From a virus (taxonomy: Duplodnaviria; Heunggongvirae; Uroviricota; Caudoviricetes), in IMG/VR virus record IMGVR_UViG_2541047780_000004: a stretch of 45,478 nucleotides of DNA; one strand, given 5' to 3'. The first letter of the stretch is position 1. Each line of letters begins with the position of its first letter. The translations under genes and the position numbers were made by a program. Below the pieces are notes generated by a model. It was not told the origin of the DNA. It did not search any database and saw only the letters and a program-made list of their open reading frames with translations. Below, in pieces: positions 18,300 to 28,848 of the stretch.

Positions 18300-18848
18300 A
18301 TGAAGGTTAATAAAAAGAGGCTTGCCGAAATTTTCAACGTGGACCCGCGGACGATTGAACGCTGGCAGTCTCAGGGACTCCCTTGCGCCTCCAAAGGTAG
18401 TAAGGGCATTGAATCTGTATTTGATACTGCCATGGCAATTCAGTGGTATGCGCAGAGGGAAACTGATATCGAAAACGAAAAGCTCCGCAAAGAACTGGAC
18501 GATTTGCGTGCGGCAGCGGAGTCAGATTTACAACCCGGCACCATTGACTATGAACGCTACCGGCTCACAAAAGCGCAGGCAGATGCGCAGGAACTGAAAA
18601 ATGCCCGTGAAGACGGAGTAGTGCTGGAAACTGAACTGTTTACCTTCATTCTGCAACGTGTGGCACAGGAGATTTCGGGGATACTTGTGCGTGTGCCGTT
18701 GACATTACAGCGTAAATATCCGGACATTTCACCATCACACCTTGATGTGGTGAAAACTGAAATCGCGAAAGCCTCCAATGTTGCAGCTAAGGCCGGTGAA
18801 AACGTGGGCGGGTGGATCGATGATTTCAGACGCGCAGAAGGCAGCTAA
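18300..18848 (+). CDS. nu1: Terminase small subunit Nu1
   Basis: 182-aa product with strong similarity to lambda Nu1 as recalled ([12 protein letters not shown]...). Confidence 0.9.
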
Positions 18849-20748
18849 TGCAGCCGGTGCGATAGCTACAGGGCTTTTATCTCTCATTATTCCTGTTCCA
18901 CTGACGACAGTTCAGTGGGCCAATAAACATTATTACCTTCCTAAAGAGTCGTCTTATACCCCGGGGCGATGGGAAACACTGCCGTTTCAGGTTGGCATCA
19001 TGAACTGTATGGGCAACGATCTGATTCGCACGGTTAACCTGATTAAATCTGCCCGTGTTGGTTATACAAAGATGTTGCTGGGAGTGGAGGCTTATTTTAT
19101 TGAGCATAAATCACGCAACAGCCTTCTTTTTCAGCCCACGGACTCAGCTGCTGAAGATTTTATGAAATCTCATGTTGAGCCAACGATAAGGGATGTTCCT
19201 GCATTGCTGGAGCTGGCTCCATGGTTCGGAAGAAAACACCGCGATAATACGCTCACCCTGAAGCGTTTTTCCTCCGGTGTGGGGTTCTGGTGTCTGGGTG
19301 GTGCGGCAGCAAAAAACTACCGTGAAAAATCCGTGGATGTGGTCTGTTATGACGAGCTTTCCTCGTTCGAACCGGATGTTGAAAAAGAGGGTTCGCCAAC
19401 CCTGCTGGGGGATAAACGTATTGAGGGCTCTGTATGGCCAAAATCCATTCGCGGCTCGACGCCTAAAATCAAAGGCTCCTGCCAGATCGAAAAAGCCGCT
19501 AACGAGTCGGCACACTTCATGCGTTTTTATGTGCCCTGTCCGCACTGTGGGGAGGAGCAGTATCTGAAATTTGGCGATGATGCCTCGCCTTTCGGTCTTA
19601 AGTGGGAGAAGAATAAGCCAGAAAGTGTTTTCTACCTTTGTGAGCATCATGGCTGTGTGATCCATCAGTCTGAGCTTGACCAGAGTAACGGGCGGTGGAT
19701 CTGTGAAAACACGGGCATGTGGACCCGTGACGGCCTGATGTTTTTCAGCGCCCGGGGTGATGAAATTCCGCCGCCGCGCTCCATCACTTTCCATATCTGG
19801 ACGGCGTACAGTCCGTTCACCACCTGGGTACAGATTGTCTATGACTGGCTGGATGCACTGAAAGATCCCAACGGCCTGAAAACCTTTGTGAACACCACGC
19901 TGGGCGAGACCTGGGAAGAGGCTGTGGGCGAAAAACTCGATCACCAGGTGCTGATGGATAAGGTTGTGCGTTACACGGCGGCGGTGCCTGCCCGGGTGGT
20001 TTATCTGACGGCGGGCATTGACTCGCAGCGAAACCGTTTTGAGATGTATGTCTGGGGATGGGCTCCGGGAGAGGAAGCCTTTCTGGTGGATAAAATCATC
20101 ATTATGGGGCGTCCCGATGAGGAAGAGACGCTGTTACGTGTGGATGCGGCGATCAACAAAAAATACCGCCATGCAGACGGAACCGAAATGACCATTTCCC
20201 GTGTCTGCTGGGACATCGGGGGGATCGATGGCGAAATCGTTTATCAGAGGTCAAAAAAACACGGTGTTTTCCGGGTGCTGCCGGTAAAAGGCGCGTCTGT
20301 CTATGGCAAGCCGGTGATCACCATGCCGAAAACCCGCAATCAGCGGGGCGTTTATCTGTGTGAAGTGGGGACGGACACCGCAAAAGAAATTCTCTATGCC
20401 CGTATGAAAGCCGAGCCCACGCCTGCGGATGAAGCCACGTCGTATGCCATCCGTTTTCCTGATGATCCGGAGATTTTTTCGCAGACAGAGGCGCAGCAAC
20501 TGGTCGCGGAAGAGCTTGTGGAGAAGTGGGAAAAAGGAAAGATGCGTCTGCTGTGGGATAACAAAAAGCGGCGTAACGAAGCGCTGGACTGCCTGGTGTA
20601 TGCCTACGCGGCATTACGTGTGTCCGTGCAACGCTGGCAGCTTGATCTGGCTGTACTGGCAAAATCCCGGGAAGAAGAGACGACCCGGCCAACCCTTAAA
20701 GAACTGGCAGCGAAGCTGTCCGGAGGAGTGAATGGTTACAGTCGCTGA
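18820..20748 (+). CDS. A: Terminase large subunit A
   Basis: Start chosen at ATG 18820 by alignment with lambda A (30 residues before the VQWANKHYY motif); ORF track's 18778 is the longest ORF. Confidence 0.9.
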
Positions 20749-20938
20749 ACTGCAGGCGCTGCGTCAGGCGCGCCTTGATTTATTAACCGGTAAACGGGTG
20801 GTGTCTGTCCAGAAAGATGGTCGCAGAATTGAATATACGGCGGCTTCTCTGGATGAGCTTAACCGGGCGATCAATGATGCGGAGTCGGTACTGGGGACAA
20901 CCCGGTGTCGCCGTCGTCCGCTGGGAGTGAGGTTATGA
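20732..20938 (+). CDS. W: Head-tail joining protein W
   Basis: 68-aa product resembling lambda W; GGAGGAG RBS. Confidence 0.85.
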   Translation: MVTVAELQALRQARLDLLTGKRVVSVQKDGRRIEYTAASLDELNRAINDAESVLGTTRCRRRPLGVRL

Positions 20939-22527
20939 AACGAACGCCTGTCCTGATTGATGTGAACGGCGTTCCGCTTCGTGAGAGTCTCAGCTACAAC
21001 GGGGGCGGTGCAGGATTTGGCGGGCAAATGGCTGAGTGGTTGCCACCGGCGCAGAGTGCCGATGCGGCCCTGCTGCCCGCGTTGCGTCTGGGGAATGCCC
21101 GGGCAGATGATCTGGTGCGCAATAACGGAATAGCGGCTAATGCGGTGGCTCTGCATAAGGATCACATTGTCGGGCATATGTTTCTGATCAGCTACCGTCC
21201 GAACTGGCGCTGGCTGGGGATGCGGGAGACCGCAGCAAAAAGCTTTGTCGATGAGGTGGAGGCGGCCTGGTCGGAATACGCCGAAGGGATGTTTGGCGAG
21301 ATCGACGTGGAAGGAAAACGCACGTTCACGGAATTTATCCGTGAAGGTGTGGGCGTTCATGCGTTTAACGGCGAAATCTTTGTGCAGCCGGTCTGGGATA
21401 CGGAGAGCACGCAACTGTTTCGTACGCGTTTTAAAGCCGTGAGTCCGAAACGGGTGGACACGCCAGGACACGGTATGGGGAACCGTTTTCTGCGGGCCGG
21501 TGTGGAGGTCGATCGATATGGTCGTGCCGTTGCGTACCATATCTGTGAGGATGATTTTCCGTTCTCTGGTAGTGGACGATGGGAACGGATCCCGCGTGAA
21601 CTTCCCACCGGGCGTCCGGCCATGCTGCATATTTTCGAGCCGGTGGAGGACGGGCAGACCCGTGGGGCTAATCAGTTTTACAGCGTCATGGAACGGCTGA
21701 AGATGCTCGATTCCCTGCAGGCAACACAGCTTCAGTCGGCCATAGTGAAGGCGATGTATGCAGCGACGATTGAAAGTGAACTTGATACCGAAAAGGCCTT
21801 TGAATATATCGCCGGCGCGCCACAGGAGCAGAAGGATAATCCGCTTATTAATATTCTGGAGAAGTTCTCCAGCTGGTATGACACGAATAACGTGACACTG
21901 GGCGGTGTCAAAATTCCGCACCTTTTCCCTGGTGATGATCTGAAACTACAGACAGCGCAGGATTCAGACAATGGATTTTCTGCGCTTGAACAGGCGCTGC
22001 TGCGGTATATCGCCGCCGGTCTTGGCGTTTCCTACGAACAGTTGTCCCGTGATTACTCGAAGGTCAGTTACTCAAGTGCCCGCGCCTCCGCCAATGAGTC
22101 GTGGCGCTATTTTATGGGGCGGCGAAAATTTATTGCGTCCCGGCTGGCCACGCAGATGTTTTCCTGCTGGCTGGAAGAGGCACTTCTTCGGGGGATTATT
22201 CGTCCGCCACGGGCACGTTTTGATTTTTATCAGGCGCGATCAGCCTGGTCACGGGCTGAGTGGATTGGAGCCGGAAGAATGGCCATTGACGGGCTCAAGG
22301 AGGTTCAGGAATCAGTGATGCGCATTGAGGCCGGACTGAGCACGTATGAGAAAGAGCTGGCGCTGATGGGCGAGGATTATCAGGACATTTTCCGCCAGCA
22401 GGTCAGGGAATCTGCAGAGCGGGAAAAAGCCGGACTCTCACGTCCGGTGTGGATAGCGCAGGCGTATCAGCAGCAGATAGCGGAGAGTCGCAGGCCGGAA
22501 GAGGAGACAACACCACGTGAGACGTAA
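20935..22527 (+). CDS. B: Portal protein B
   Basis: ATG at 20935 overlapping the W stop; lambda B-like portal sequence. Confidence 0.9.
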   Translation: MKRTPVLIDVNGVPLRESLSYNGGGAGFGGQMAEWLPPAQSADAALLPALRLGNARADDLVRNNGIAANAVALHKDHIVGHMFLISYRPNWRWLGMRETAAKSFVDEVEAAWSEYAEGMFGEIDVEGKRTFTEFIREGVGVHAFNGEIFVQPVWDTESTQLFRTRFKAVSPKRVDTPGHGMGNRFLRAGVEVDRYGRAVAYHICEDDFPFSGSGRWERIPRELPTGRPAMLHIFEPVEDGQTRGANQFYSVMERLKMLDSLQATQLQSAIVKAMYAATIESELDTEKAFEYIAGAPQEQKDNPLINILEKFSSWYDTNNVTLGGVKIPHLFPGDDLKLQTAQDSDNGFSALEQALLRYIAAGLGVSYEQLSRDYSKVSYSSARASANESWRYFMGRRKFIASRLATQMFSCWLEEALLRGIIRPPRARFDFYQARSAWSRAEWIGAGRMAIDGLKEVQESVMRIEAGLSTYEKELALMGEDYQDIFRQQVRESAEREKAGLSRPVWIAQAYQQQIAESRRPEEETTPRET

Positions 22528-24022
22528 TCTTTCACACATTATTGCAGCAGCATTCAATGAACCGCTGCTTCTGGAGCCCGCCTATGCGCGGGTTTTCTTT
22601 TGCGCGCTCGGGCGCGAGATGGGGGCAGCAAGTCTTTCGGTACCACAACAGCAGGTACAGCTTGATGCACCCGGAATGCTGGCTGAAACGGACGAGTACA
22701 TGGCCGGAGGTAAACGACCGGCCCGTGTTTACCGGGTGGTGAACGGTATTGCGGTACTGCCGGTGACCGGCACGCTGGTGCACCGGCTGGGGGGGATGCG
22801 GCCATTTTCCGGAATGACTGGCTATGACGGCATTGTCGCCTGTCTTCAGCAGGCAATGGCAGATAGCCAGGTGCGGGGCATACTGCTGGACATTGACAGT
22901 CCGGGCGGGCAGGCCGCCGGCGCGTTTGACTGCGCTGACATGATTTACCGCCTCCGGCAGCAGAAGCCGGTCTGGGCACTGTGTAATGACACGGCCTGTT
23001 CTGCAGCCATGCTGCTGGCGTCGGCCTGCTCCCGACGGCTGGTTACCCAGACATCCCGTATCGGCTCCATTGGCGTGATGATGAGCCATGTCAGCTATGC
23101 CGGTCATCTGGCGCAGGCCGGTGTGGATATCACGCTGATTTATGCCGGGGCGCACAAGGTGGATGGCAATCAGTTTGAAGCGTTGCCGGCAGAGGTTCGC
23201 CAGGACATGCAGCAGCGGATTGATGCGGCGCGCCGGATGTTTGCCGAAAAAGTGGCGATGTATACCGGTCTGTCTGTTGATGCCGTCACGGGAACAGAGG
23301 CTGCCGTTTTTGAAGGTCAGTCCGGCATTGAGGCCGGGCTGGCGGATGAATTAATCAATGCGTCGGATGCCATCAGTGTGATGGCCACGGCGCTGAACAG
23401 TAATGTCAGAGGAGGCACTATGCCGCAATTAACTGCAACGGAAGCCGCCGTGCAGGAGAACCAGCGAGTGATGGGGATCCTGACATGCCAGGAAGCGAAA
23501 GGACGTGAACAGCTTGCCACGATGCTGGCAGGGCAACAGGGCATGAGCGTTGAACAGGCCCGGGCGATTCTGGCCGCGGCGGCACCGCAGCAGCCGGTGG
23601 CATCCGCACAGAGTGAAGCCGATCGCATTATGGCGTGTGAAGAAGCGAACGGTCGTGAACAACTGGCAGCAACGCTGGCGGCGATGCCGGAGATGACGGT
23701 GGAAAAAGCCCGCCCGATCCTGGCTGCTTCACCGCAGGCGAATGCCGGGCCCTCACTTCGTGATCAGATCATGGCACTGGATGAGGCAAAAGGGGCTGAG
23801 GCGCAGGCTGAACAGCTGGCTGCCTGCCCGGGAATGACAGTGGAGAGCGCCCGGGCTGTGCTGGCTGCGGGATCAGGTAAGGCAGAACCGGTCTCTGCAT
23901 CCACAACCGCCATGTTTGAACATTTCATGGCGAACCATTCACCGGCAGCGGTACAGGGTGGCGTGGCACAGACGTCAGCAGACGGTGATGCGGACGTGAA
24001 AATGCTCATGGCCATGCCATGA
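22517..24022 (+). CDS. C: Prohead protease/scaffold (C with Nu3-like C-terminal region), S49-peptidase-like
   Basis: 501-aa ORF with GTG start overlapping the B stop; N-terminal region resembles lambda C; C-terminal region holds three tandem repeats of about 50 aa. Confidence 0.85.
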   Translation: MRRNLSHIIAAAFNEPLLLEPAYARVFFCALGREMGAASLSVPQQQVQLDAPGMLAETDEYMAGGKRPARVYRVVNGIAVLPVTGTLVHRLGGMRPFSGMTGYDGIVACLQQAMADSQVRGILLDIDSPGGQAAGAFDCADMIYRLRQQKPVWALCNDTACSAAMLLASACSRRLVTQTSRIGSIGVMMSHVSYAGHLAQAGVDITLIYAGAHKVDGNQFEALPAEVRQDMQQRIDAARRMFAEKVAMYTGLSVDAVTGTEAAVFEGQSGIEAGLADELINASDAISVMATALNSNVRGGTMPQLTATEAAVQENQRVMGILTCQEAKGREQLATMLAGQQGMSVEQARAILAAAAPQQPVASAQSEADRIMACEEANGREQLAATLAAMPEMTVEKARPILAASPQANAGPSLRDQIMALDEAKGAEAQAEQLAACPGMTVESARAVLAAGSGKAEPVSASTTAMFEHFMANHSPAAVQGGVAQTSADGDADVKMLMAMP

Positions 24023-24058
24023 AGTCAGTGCTGACCATCAATAGGAGGTTTTTACAAT

Positions 24059-24406
24059 ATGGTGACGAAAACCATCACTGAACAGCGTGCGGAAGTACGT
24101 ATTTTTGCCGGTAATGATCCGGCTCATACCGCCACAGGCAGCAGCGGGATTTCCTCGCCAACACCGGCACTGACGCCCCTGATGCTGGATGAAGCCACCG
24201 GGAAACTGGTGGTCTGGGACGGACAGAAAGCCGGTAGTGCGGTTGGCATACTGGTACTGCCGCTTGAAGGCACAGAGACGGCGCTGACGTATTACAAGTC
24301 GGGAACCTTTGCGACGGAGGCAATCCACTGGCCTGAAAGTGTGGATGAACACAAAAAGGCCAACGCCTTTGCTGGCAGTGCCCTGAGTCACGCGGCGCTG
24401 CCGTAA
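24059..24406 (+). CDS. D: Head decoration protein D
   Basis: 115-aa product similar to lambda D; AGGAGG RBS. Confidence 0.9.
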   Translation: MVTKTITEQRAEVRIFAGNDPAHTATGSSGISSPTPALTPLMLDEATGKLVVWDGQKAGSAVGILVLPLEGTETALTYYKSGTFATEAIHWPESVDEHKKANAFAGSALSHAALP

Positions 24407-24463
24407 CACGTTATCAGGCCACCGCGGTGGCCTGACTGATTTCTGAATGAAAGGAACTGATTT

Positions 24464-25492
24464 ATGGGATTGTTTACGACCCGCCAGTTACTCGGTTATA
24501 CCGAACAAAAAGTTAAATTTCGTGCGCTGTTTCTGGAGCTGTTTTTCCGCCGTACGGTGAATTTCCATACCGAAGAGGTGATGCTGGACAAAATTACCGG
24601 AAAAACGCCGGTGGCGGCCTATGTCTCCCCGGTTGTTGAAGGAAAAGTGCTGCGTCATCGTGGTGGTGAAACCCGCGTGTTGCGTCCGGGCTACGTCAAG
24701 CCGAAACACGAATTTAATTACCAGCAGGCGGTTGAGCGCCTTCCTGGTGAAGATCCATCTCAACTGAATGATCCGGCTTACCGCCGTCTGCGTATCATTA
24801 CCGATAACCTCAAACAGGAAGAGCACGCGATTGTCCAGGTGGAAGAAATGCAGGCGGTAAATGCTGTGTTGTATGGCAAATACACCATGGAAGGAGACCA
24901 GTTCGAGAAAATTGAGGTCGATTTTGGCAGGTCGACGAAGAATAACATCACTCAGGGTAGTGGTAAGGAGTGGTCAAAACAGGATCGTGACACGTTCGAT
25001 CCTACACATGATATTGACCTCTACTGCGACCTGGCCAGCGGTCTTGTGAATATTGCCATTATGGACGGTACCGTCTGGCGTCTTCTGAATGGTTTTAAGC
25101 TGTTCCGCGAAAAACTGGATACCCGTCGCGGTTCAAATTCTCAACTCGAAACGGCAGTGAAAGATCTGGGCGCAGTGGTGTCCTTCAAGGGGTATTACGG
25201 CGATCTGGCCATTGTGGTGGCGAAAACGTCTTATATAGCAGAAGACGGTATCGAAAAACGTTATCTTCCAGATGGCATGCTGGTTCTGGGGAATACTGCT
25301 GCAGATGGGATCCGTTGTTACGGTGCCATTCAGGATGCTCAGGCGTTGTCCGAAGGTGTGGTGGCCTCTTCCCGTTATCCGAAACACTGGCTGACGGTAG
25401 GGGATCCCGCCCGTGAATTTACCATGACGCAGTCCGCGCCGCTGATGGTGTTGCCGGACCCGGATGAGTTTGTGGTGGTACAGGTGAAATAA
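24464..25492 (+). CDS. E: Major capsid protein E
   Basis: 342-aa product strongly similar to lambda E as recalled. Confidence 0.95.
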   Translation: MGLFTTRQLLGYTEQKVKFRALFLELFFRRTVNFHTEEVMLDKITGKTPVAAYVSPVVEGKVLRHRGGETRVLRPGYVKPKHEFNYQQAVERLPGEDPSQLNDPAYRRLRIITDNLKQEEHAIVQVEEMQAVNAVLYGKYTMEGDQFEKIEVDFGRSTKNNITQGSGKEWSKQDRDTFDPTHDIDLYCDLASGLVNIAIMDGTVWRLLNGFKLFREKLDTRRGSNSQLETAVKDLGAVVSFKGYYGDLAIVVAKTSYIAEDGIEKRYLPDGMLVLGNTAADGIRCYGAIQDAQALSEGVVASSRYPKHWLTVGDPAREFTMTQSAPLMVLPDPDEFVVVQVK

Positions 25493-25501
25493 TCCGTGAG
25501 C

Positions 25502-25530
25502 GGGGGCGAAATGCCCCCGTGTCTTTTTTC
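25502..25530 (+). terminator. Hairpin plus T-tract immediately after the major capsid gene
   Basis: GGGGGC-GAAAT-GCCCCC followed by GTGTCTTTTTTC. Confidence 0.55.
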
Positions 25531-25543
25531 ACAGGGGGCTGAT

Positions 25544-25918
25544 ATGGCAACGAAAGAGCAAAATCTGAAACGGCTTGATGAACTGGCCCTGATTCTGGGG
25601 CGTGAGCCGGATATATCCGGGAGTGCCGCAGAGATAGCGCAGCGGGTGGCAGAATGGGAAGAGGAAATGCAGTCATCCGGCGATGATGTACAGGTTATGA
25701 ATATGGATATCCGGGAGCGGGAAACCGCGGCTCATGATGTTCGTGAGGAAACATCCGGCGCGTTAACGCGCATCAGAGTTCTGACCTGCCTCCATCTCTG
25801 TGGCGTTGATGGTGAAACGGGGGAATCCGTTGAGCTTGCGGATGTTGGTCGGGTGATTCTGATTATGTCCTCAGATGCAAAAACACACGTTGATGGTGGA
25901 ATGGCTGTTTATGCGTGA
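25544..25918 (+). CDS. FI: DNA-packaging protein FI
   Basis: ATG at 25544 downstream of the hairpin (ORF-track start 25496 is GTG inside the hairpin); acidic product with FI-like character. Confidence 0.7.
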   Translation: MATKEQNLKRLDELALILGREPDISGSAAEIAQRVAEWEEEMQSSGDDVQVMNMDIRERETAAHDVREETSGALTRIRVLTCLHLCGVDGETGESVELADVGRVILIMSSDAKTHVDGGMAVYA

Positions 25919-26264
25919 TTTTCAGAATGCCTTTGATGCCGCCCTTGCCGGGGTGGACAGTACGATTGTTGAAGTGATGGGCATCAGTGCGCAGTTCACC
26001 TCCGGTGCACAGCGTGGCGGCGAGGTTCATGGCGTTTTTGACGATCCGGAGTCGCTGGGTTTTGCCAGTAGTGGGATCCGTATTGAAGGAAGTAACCCGT
26101 CATTATTTGTGCTTACGGATACGGTTTGTGCTGTACGGCGTGGTGACACGCTGACCATTAACGGCGAGATGTTCTGGGTGGACCGTGTTTCTCCGGATGA
26201 CGGAGGGAGTTGTTATCTCTGGCTCAACCGGGGGCAACCACCTGCCGCCAGCCGTCGCCGCTGA
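25911..26264 (+). CDS. FII: Head completion protein FII
   Basis: ATG at 25911 (MRDFQNAFDAAL...) aligns with the lambda FII N-terminus; C-terminal motif WVDRVSPDDGGSC. Confidence 0.85.
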   Translation: MRDFQNAFDAALAGVDSTIVEVMGISAQFTSGAQRGGEVHGVFDDPESLGFASSGIRIEGSNPSLFVLTDTVCAVRRGDTLTINGEMFWVDRVSPDDGGSCYLWLNRGQPPAASRRR

Positions 26265-26275
26265 AAGGGGGATGT

Positions 26276-26854
26276 ATGGCCATAAAAGGTCTTGAGCAGG
26301 CCGTTGAAAACCTCAGCCGTATCAGCAAAACGGCAGTGCCTGGTGCCGCCGCAATGGCCATTAACCGCGTTGCTTCATCCGCGATATCGCAGTCGGCGTC
26401 ACTGGTTGCCCGTGAGACAAAGGTACGCCGGAAACTGGTAAAGGAAAGGGCCAGGCTGAAAAGGGCCACGGTCAAAAATCCGCAGGCCAGAATCAAAGTT
26501 AACCGGGGGGATTTGCCCGTAATCAGGCTGGGTAATGCGCGGGTTGTCCTTTCGCGCCGCAGGCGTCGTAAAAAGGGGCAGCGTTCATCCCTGAAAGGTG
26601 GCGGCAGCGTGCTTGTGGTGGGTAACCGTCGTATTCCCGGCGCGTTTATTCAGCAACTGAAAAATGGCCGCTGGCATGTCATGCAGCGTGTGGCCGGGAA
26701 AAACCGTTACCCCATTGATGTGGTGAAAATTCCGATGGCGGTGCCGCTGACCACGGCGTTTAAACAGAATATTGAGCGGATACGGCGTGAGCGTCTTCCG
26801 AAAGAGCTGGGCTATGCGCTGCAGCATCAACTGAGGATGGTAATAAAGCGATGA
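26276..26854 (+). CDS. Z: Minor tail protein Z
   Basis: ATG at 26276 after a G-rich RBS; lambda Z-like sequence. Confidence 0.85.
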   Translation: MAIKGLEQAVENLSRISKTAVPGAAAMAINRVASSAISQSASLVARETKVRRKLVKERARLKRATVKNPQARIKVNRGDLPVIRLGNARVVLSRRRRRKKGQRSSLKGGGSVLVVGNRRIPGAFIQQLKNGRWHVMQRVAGKNRYPIDVVKIPMAVPLTTAFKQNIERIRRERLPKELGYALQHQLRMVIKR

Positions 26855-27246
26855 AACATACTGAATTCCGTGCAGCCGTACTGGATGCACTGGAAAAACA
26901 TGACACCGGGGCGACGCTTTTTGATGGTCGCCCCGCTGTTTTTGATGAGGCGGATTTTCCGGCAATTGCCGTTTATCTCACCGGCGCTGAATACACGGGC
27001 GAAGAGCTGGACAGCGATACCTGGCAGGCGGAGCTGCATATTGAAGTTTTCCTGCCTGCTCAGGTGCCGGATTCAGAGCTGGATTCGTGGATGGAAAGCC
27101 GGATTTATCCGGCGATGAGCGATATCCCGGCACTGTCAGATTTGATCACCAGTATGGTGGCCAGTGGCTATGACTACCGGCGCGACGATGATGCGGGCCT
27201 GTGGAGTTCAGCCGATCTGACTTATGTCATTACCTATGAAATGTGA
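26851..27246 (+). CDS. U: Tail terminator protein U
   Basis: 131-aa product near-identical to lambda U as recalled. Confidence 0.9.
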   Translation: MKHTEFRAAVLDALEKHDTGATLFDGRPAVFDEADFPAIAVYLTGAEYTGEELDSDTWQAELHIEVFLPAQVPDSELDSWMESRIYPAMSDIPALSDLITSMVASGYDYRRDDDAGLWSSADLTYVITYEM

Positions 27247-27253
27247 GGACGAT

Positions 27254-27994
27254 ATGCCAACACCAAATCCTCTGGCACCGGTGAAAGGGGCCGGAACCAC
27301 ACTGTGGGTTTATAACGGGAGCGGCGACCCTTATGCAAACCCGCTTTCAGACAATGACTGGTCGCGTCTGGCAAAAATTAAAGACCTGACGCCCGGCGAA
27401 CTGACCGCTGAGTCCTATGACGACAGTTATCTCGATGATGAAGATGCGGACTGGACCGCGACCGGGCAGGGGCAGAAATCCGCCGGAGATACCAGCTTCA
27501 CGCTGGCGTGGATGCCCGGAGAGCAGGGGCAGCAGGCGCTGCTGGCGTGGTTTAATGAAGGTGATACCCGTGCCTATAAAATCCGCTTCCCGAACGGCAC
27601 GGTCGATGTGTTCCGTGGCTGGGTCAGCAGTATCGGTAAGGCGGTGACGGCGAAGGAAGTGATCACCCGTACGGTGAAGGTCACCAATGTGGGCCGTCCG
27701 TCAATGGCAGAAGATCGCAGTACGGTGACGGCGGCAACCGGTATGACCGTGACGCCTGCCAGCTCCTCGGTGGTGAAAGGGCAGAGCACCACGCTGACCG
27801 TGGCCTTCCAGCCGGAGGGCGCAACTGACAAGAGCTTCCGTGCGGTGTCAGCGGATAAAACAAAAGCCACCGTGTCGGTCAGTGGTATGACCATCACCGT
27901 GAACGGCGTTGCTGCAGGCAAGGTCAACATTCCGGTTGTATCCGGTAATGGTGAACTTGCTGCGGTTGCAGAAATCACTGTCACCGACAGTTAA
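27254..27994 (+). CDS. V: Major tail protein V
   Basis: ATG at 27254; lambda V-like sequence with a C-terminal Ig-like region. Confidence 0.9.
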   Translation: MPTPNPLAPVKGAGTTLWVYNGSGDPYANPLSDNDWSRLAKIKDLTPGELTAESYDDSYLDDEDADWTATGQGQKSAGDTSFTLAWMPGEQGQQALLAWFNEGDTRAYKIRFPNGTVDVFRGWVSSIGKAVTAKEVITRTVKVTNVGRPSMAEDRSTVTAATGMTVTPASSSVVKGQSTTLTVAFQPEGATDKSFRAVSADKTKATVSVSGMTITVNGVAAGKVNIPVVSGNGELAAVAEITVTDS

Positions 27995-28009
27995 TCCGGA
28001 GAGTCAGCG

Positions 28010-28432
28010 ATGTTCCTGAAAACCGAATCATTTGAACATAACGGCGTGACCGTCACGCTTTCTGAACTGTCAGCCCTGCAGCGTATTGAGCATCTCGCCC
28101 TGATGAAACAGCAGGCAGAACAGGCGGAGTCAGACAGCAACCGGCAGGTTACTGTGGAAGACGCCATCAGAACCGGTGCTTTTGTGGTGGCGATGTCCCT
28201 GTGGCATAACCATCCGCAGAAGACAAAGCAGCCTTCCATGAATGAAGCCGTTAAACAGATTGAGCAGGAAGTGCTTACCACCTGGCCCGCGGAGGCAATT
28301 TCTCATGCTGAAAACGTGGTGTACCGGCTGTCCGGTATGTATGGGTTTGTGGTGAATGATGCCCCTGACCAGGCAGAGGACTCCGGGCCTGCAGAGCCTG
28401 TTTCTGCGGGAAAGTGTTCGACGGTGAGCTGA
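28010..28432 (+). CDS. G: Tail assembly chaperone G
   Basis: 140-aa product similar to lambda G; contains the slippery heptamer G GGA AAG at 28408-28414 near its 3' end. Confidence 0.9.
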   Translation: MFLKTESFEHNGVTVTLSELSALQRIEHLALMKQQAEQAESDSNRQVTVEDAIRTGAFVVAMSLWHNHPQKTKQPSMNEAVKQIEQEVLTTWPAEAISHAENVVYRLSGMYGFVVNDAPDQAEDSGPAEPVSAGKCSTVS

Positions 28433-28848
28433 GTTTTGCCCTGAAACTGGCGCGAGAGATGGGGCGACCTGACTGGCGCGCCATGCTTGCCGGGATGTCA
28501 TCCACGGAGTATGCCGACTGGCACCGCTTTTACAGTACCCATTATTTTCATGATGTTCTGCTGGATATGCACTTTTCCGGGCTGACGTACACTGTGCTCA
28601 GCCTGTTTTTCAGCGATCCGGATATGCATCCGCTGGATTTCAGTTTGCTGAACCGGCGTGAGGATGACGAAGAGCCTGAAGATGATGTGCTGATGCAGAA
28701 AGCGGCAGGGCTTACCGGAGGCGTCCGCTTTGACCCGGACGGAAATGAAGTTATCCCCGCTTCCCCGGATATGGCGGGCATGACGGAGGATGACGTAATG
28801 CTGATGACAGTATCAGAAGGGATCGCAGGAGGAGTCCGGTATGGCTGA
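28414..28848 (+). CDS. T: Tail assembly protein T (made as a G-T fusion by -1 programmed frameshift)
   Basis: ORF in the -1 frame relative to G, starting at the slippery site GGGAAAG; conserved lambda G/T arrangement. Confidence 0.8.
   Translation: MFDGELSFALKLAREMGRPDWRAMLAGMSSTEYADWHRFYSTHYFHDVLLDMHFSGLTYTVLSLFFSDPDMHPLDFSLLNRREDDEEPEDDVLMQKAAGLTGGVRFDPDGNEVIPASPDMAGMTEDDVMLMTVSEGIAGGVRYG

Noticed and set aside
19144-19944. 266-aa minus-strand ORF
   Set aside because: Antisense to the terminase large subunit gene.
20764-21921. 385-aa minus-strand ORF
   Set aside because: Antisense to the portal gene B; no start context; Arg/His-rich composition typical of spurious frames.
22532-23662. 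Multiple minus-strand ORFs
   Set aside because: Antisense within the C protease/scaffold gene, in GC-rich sequence.
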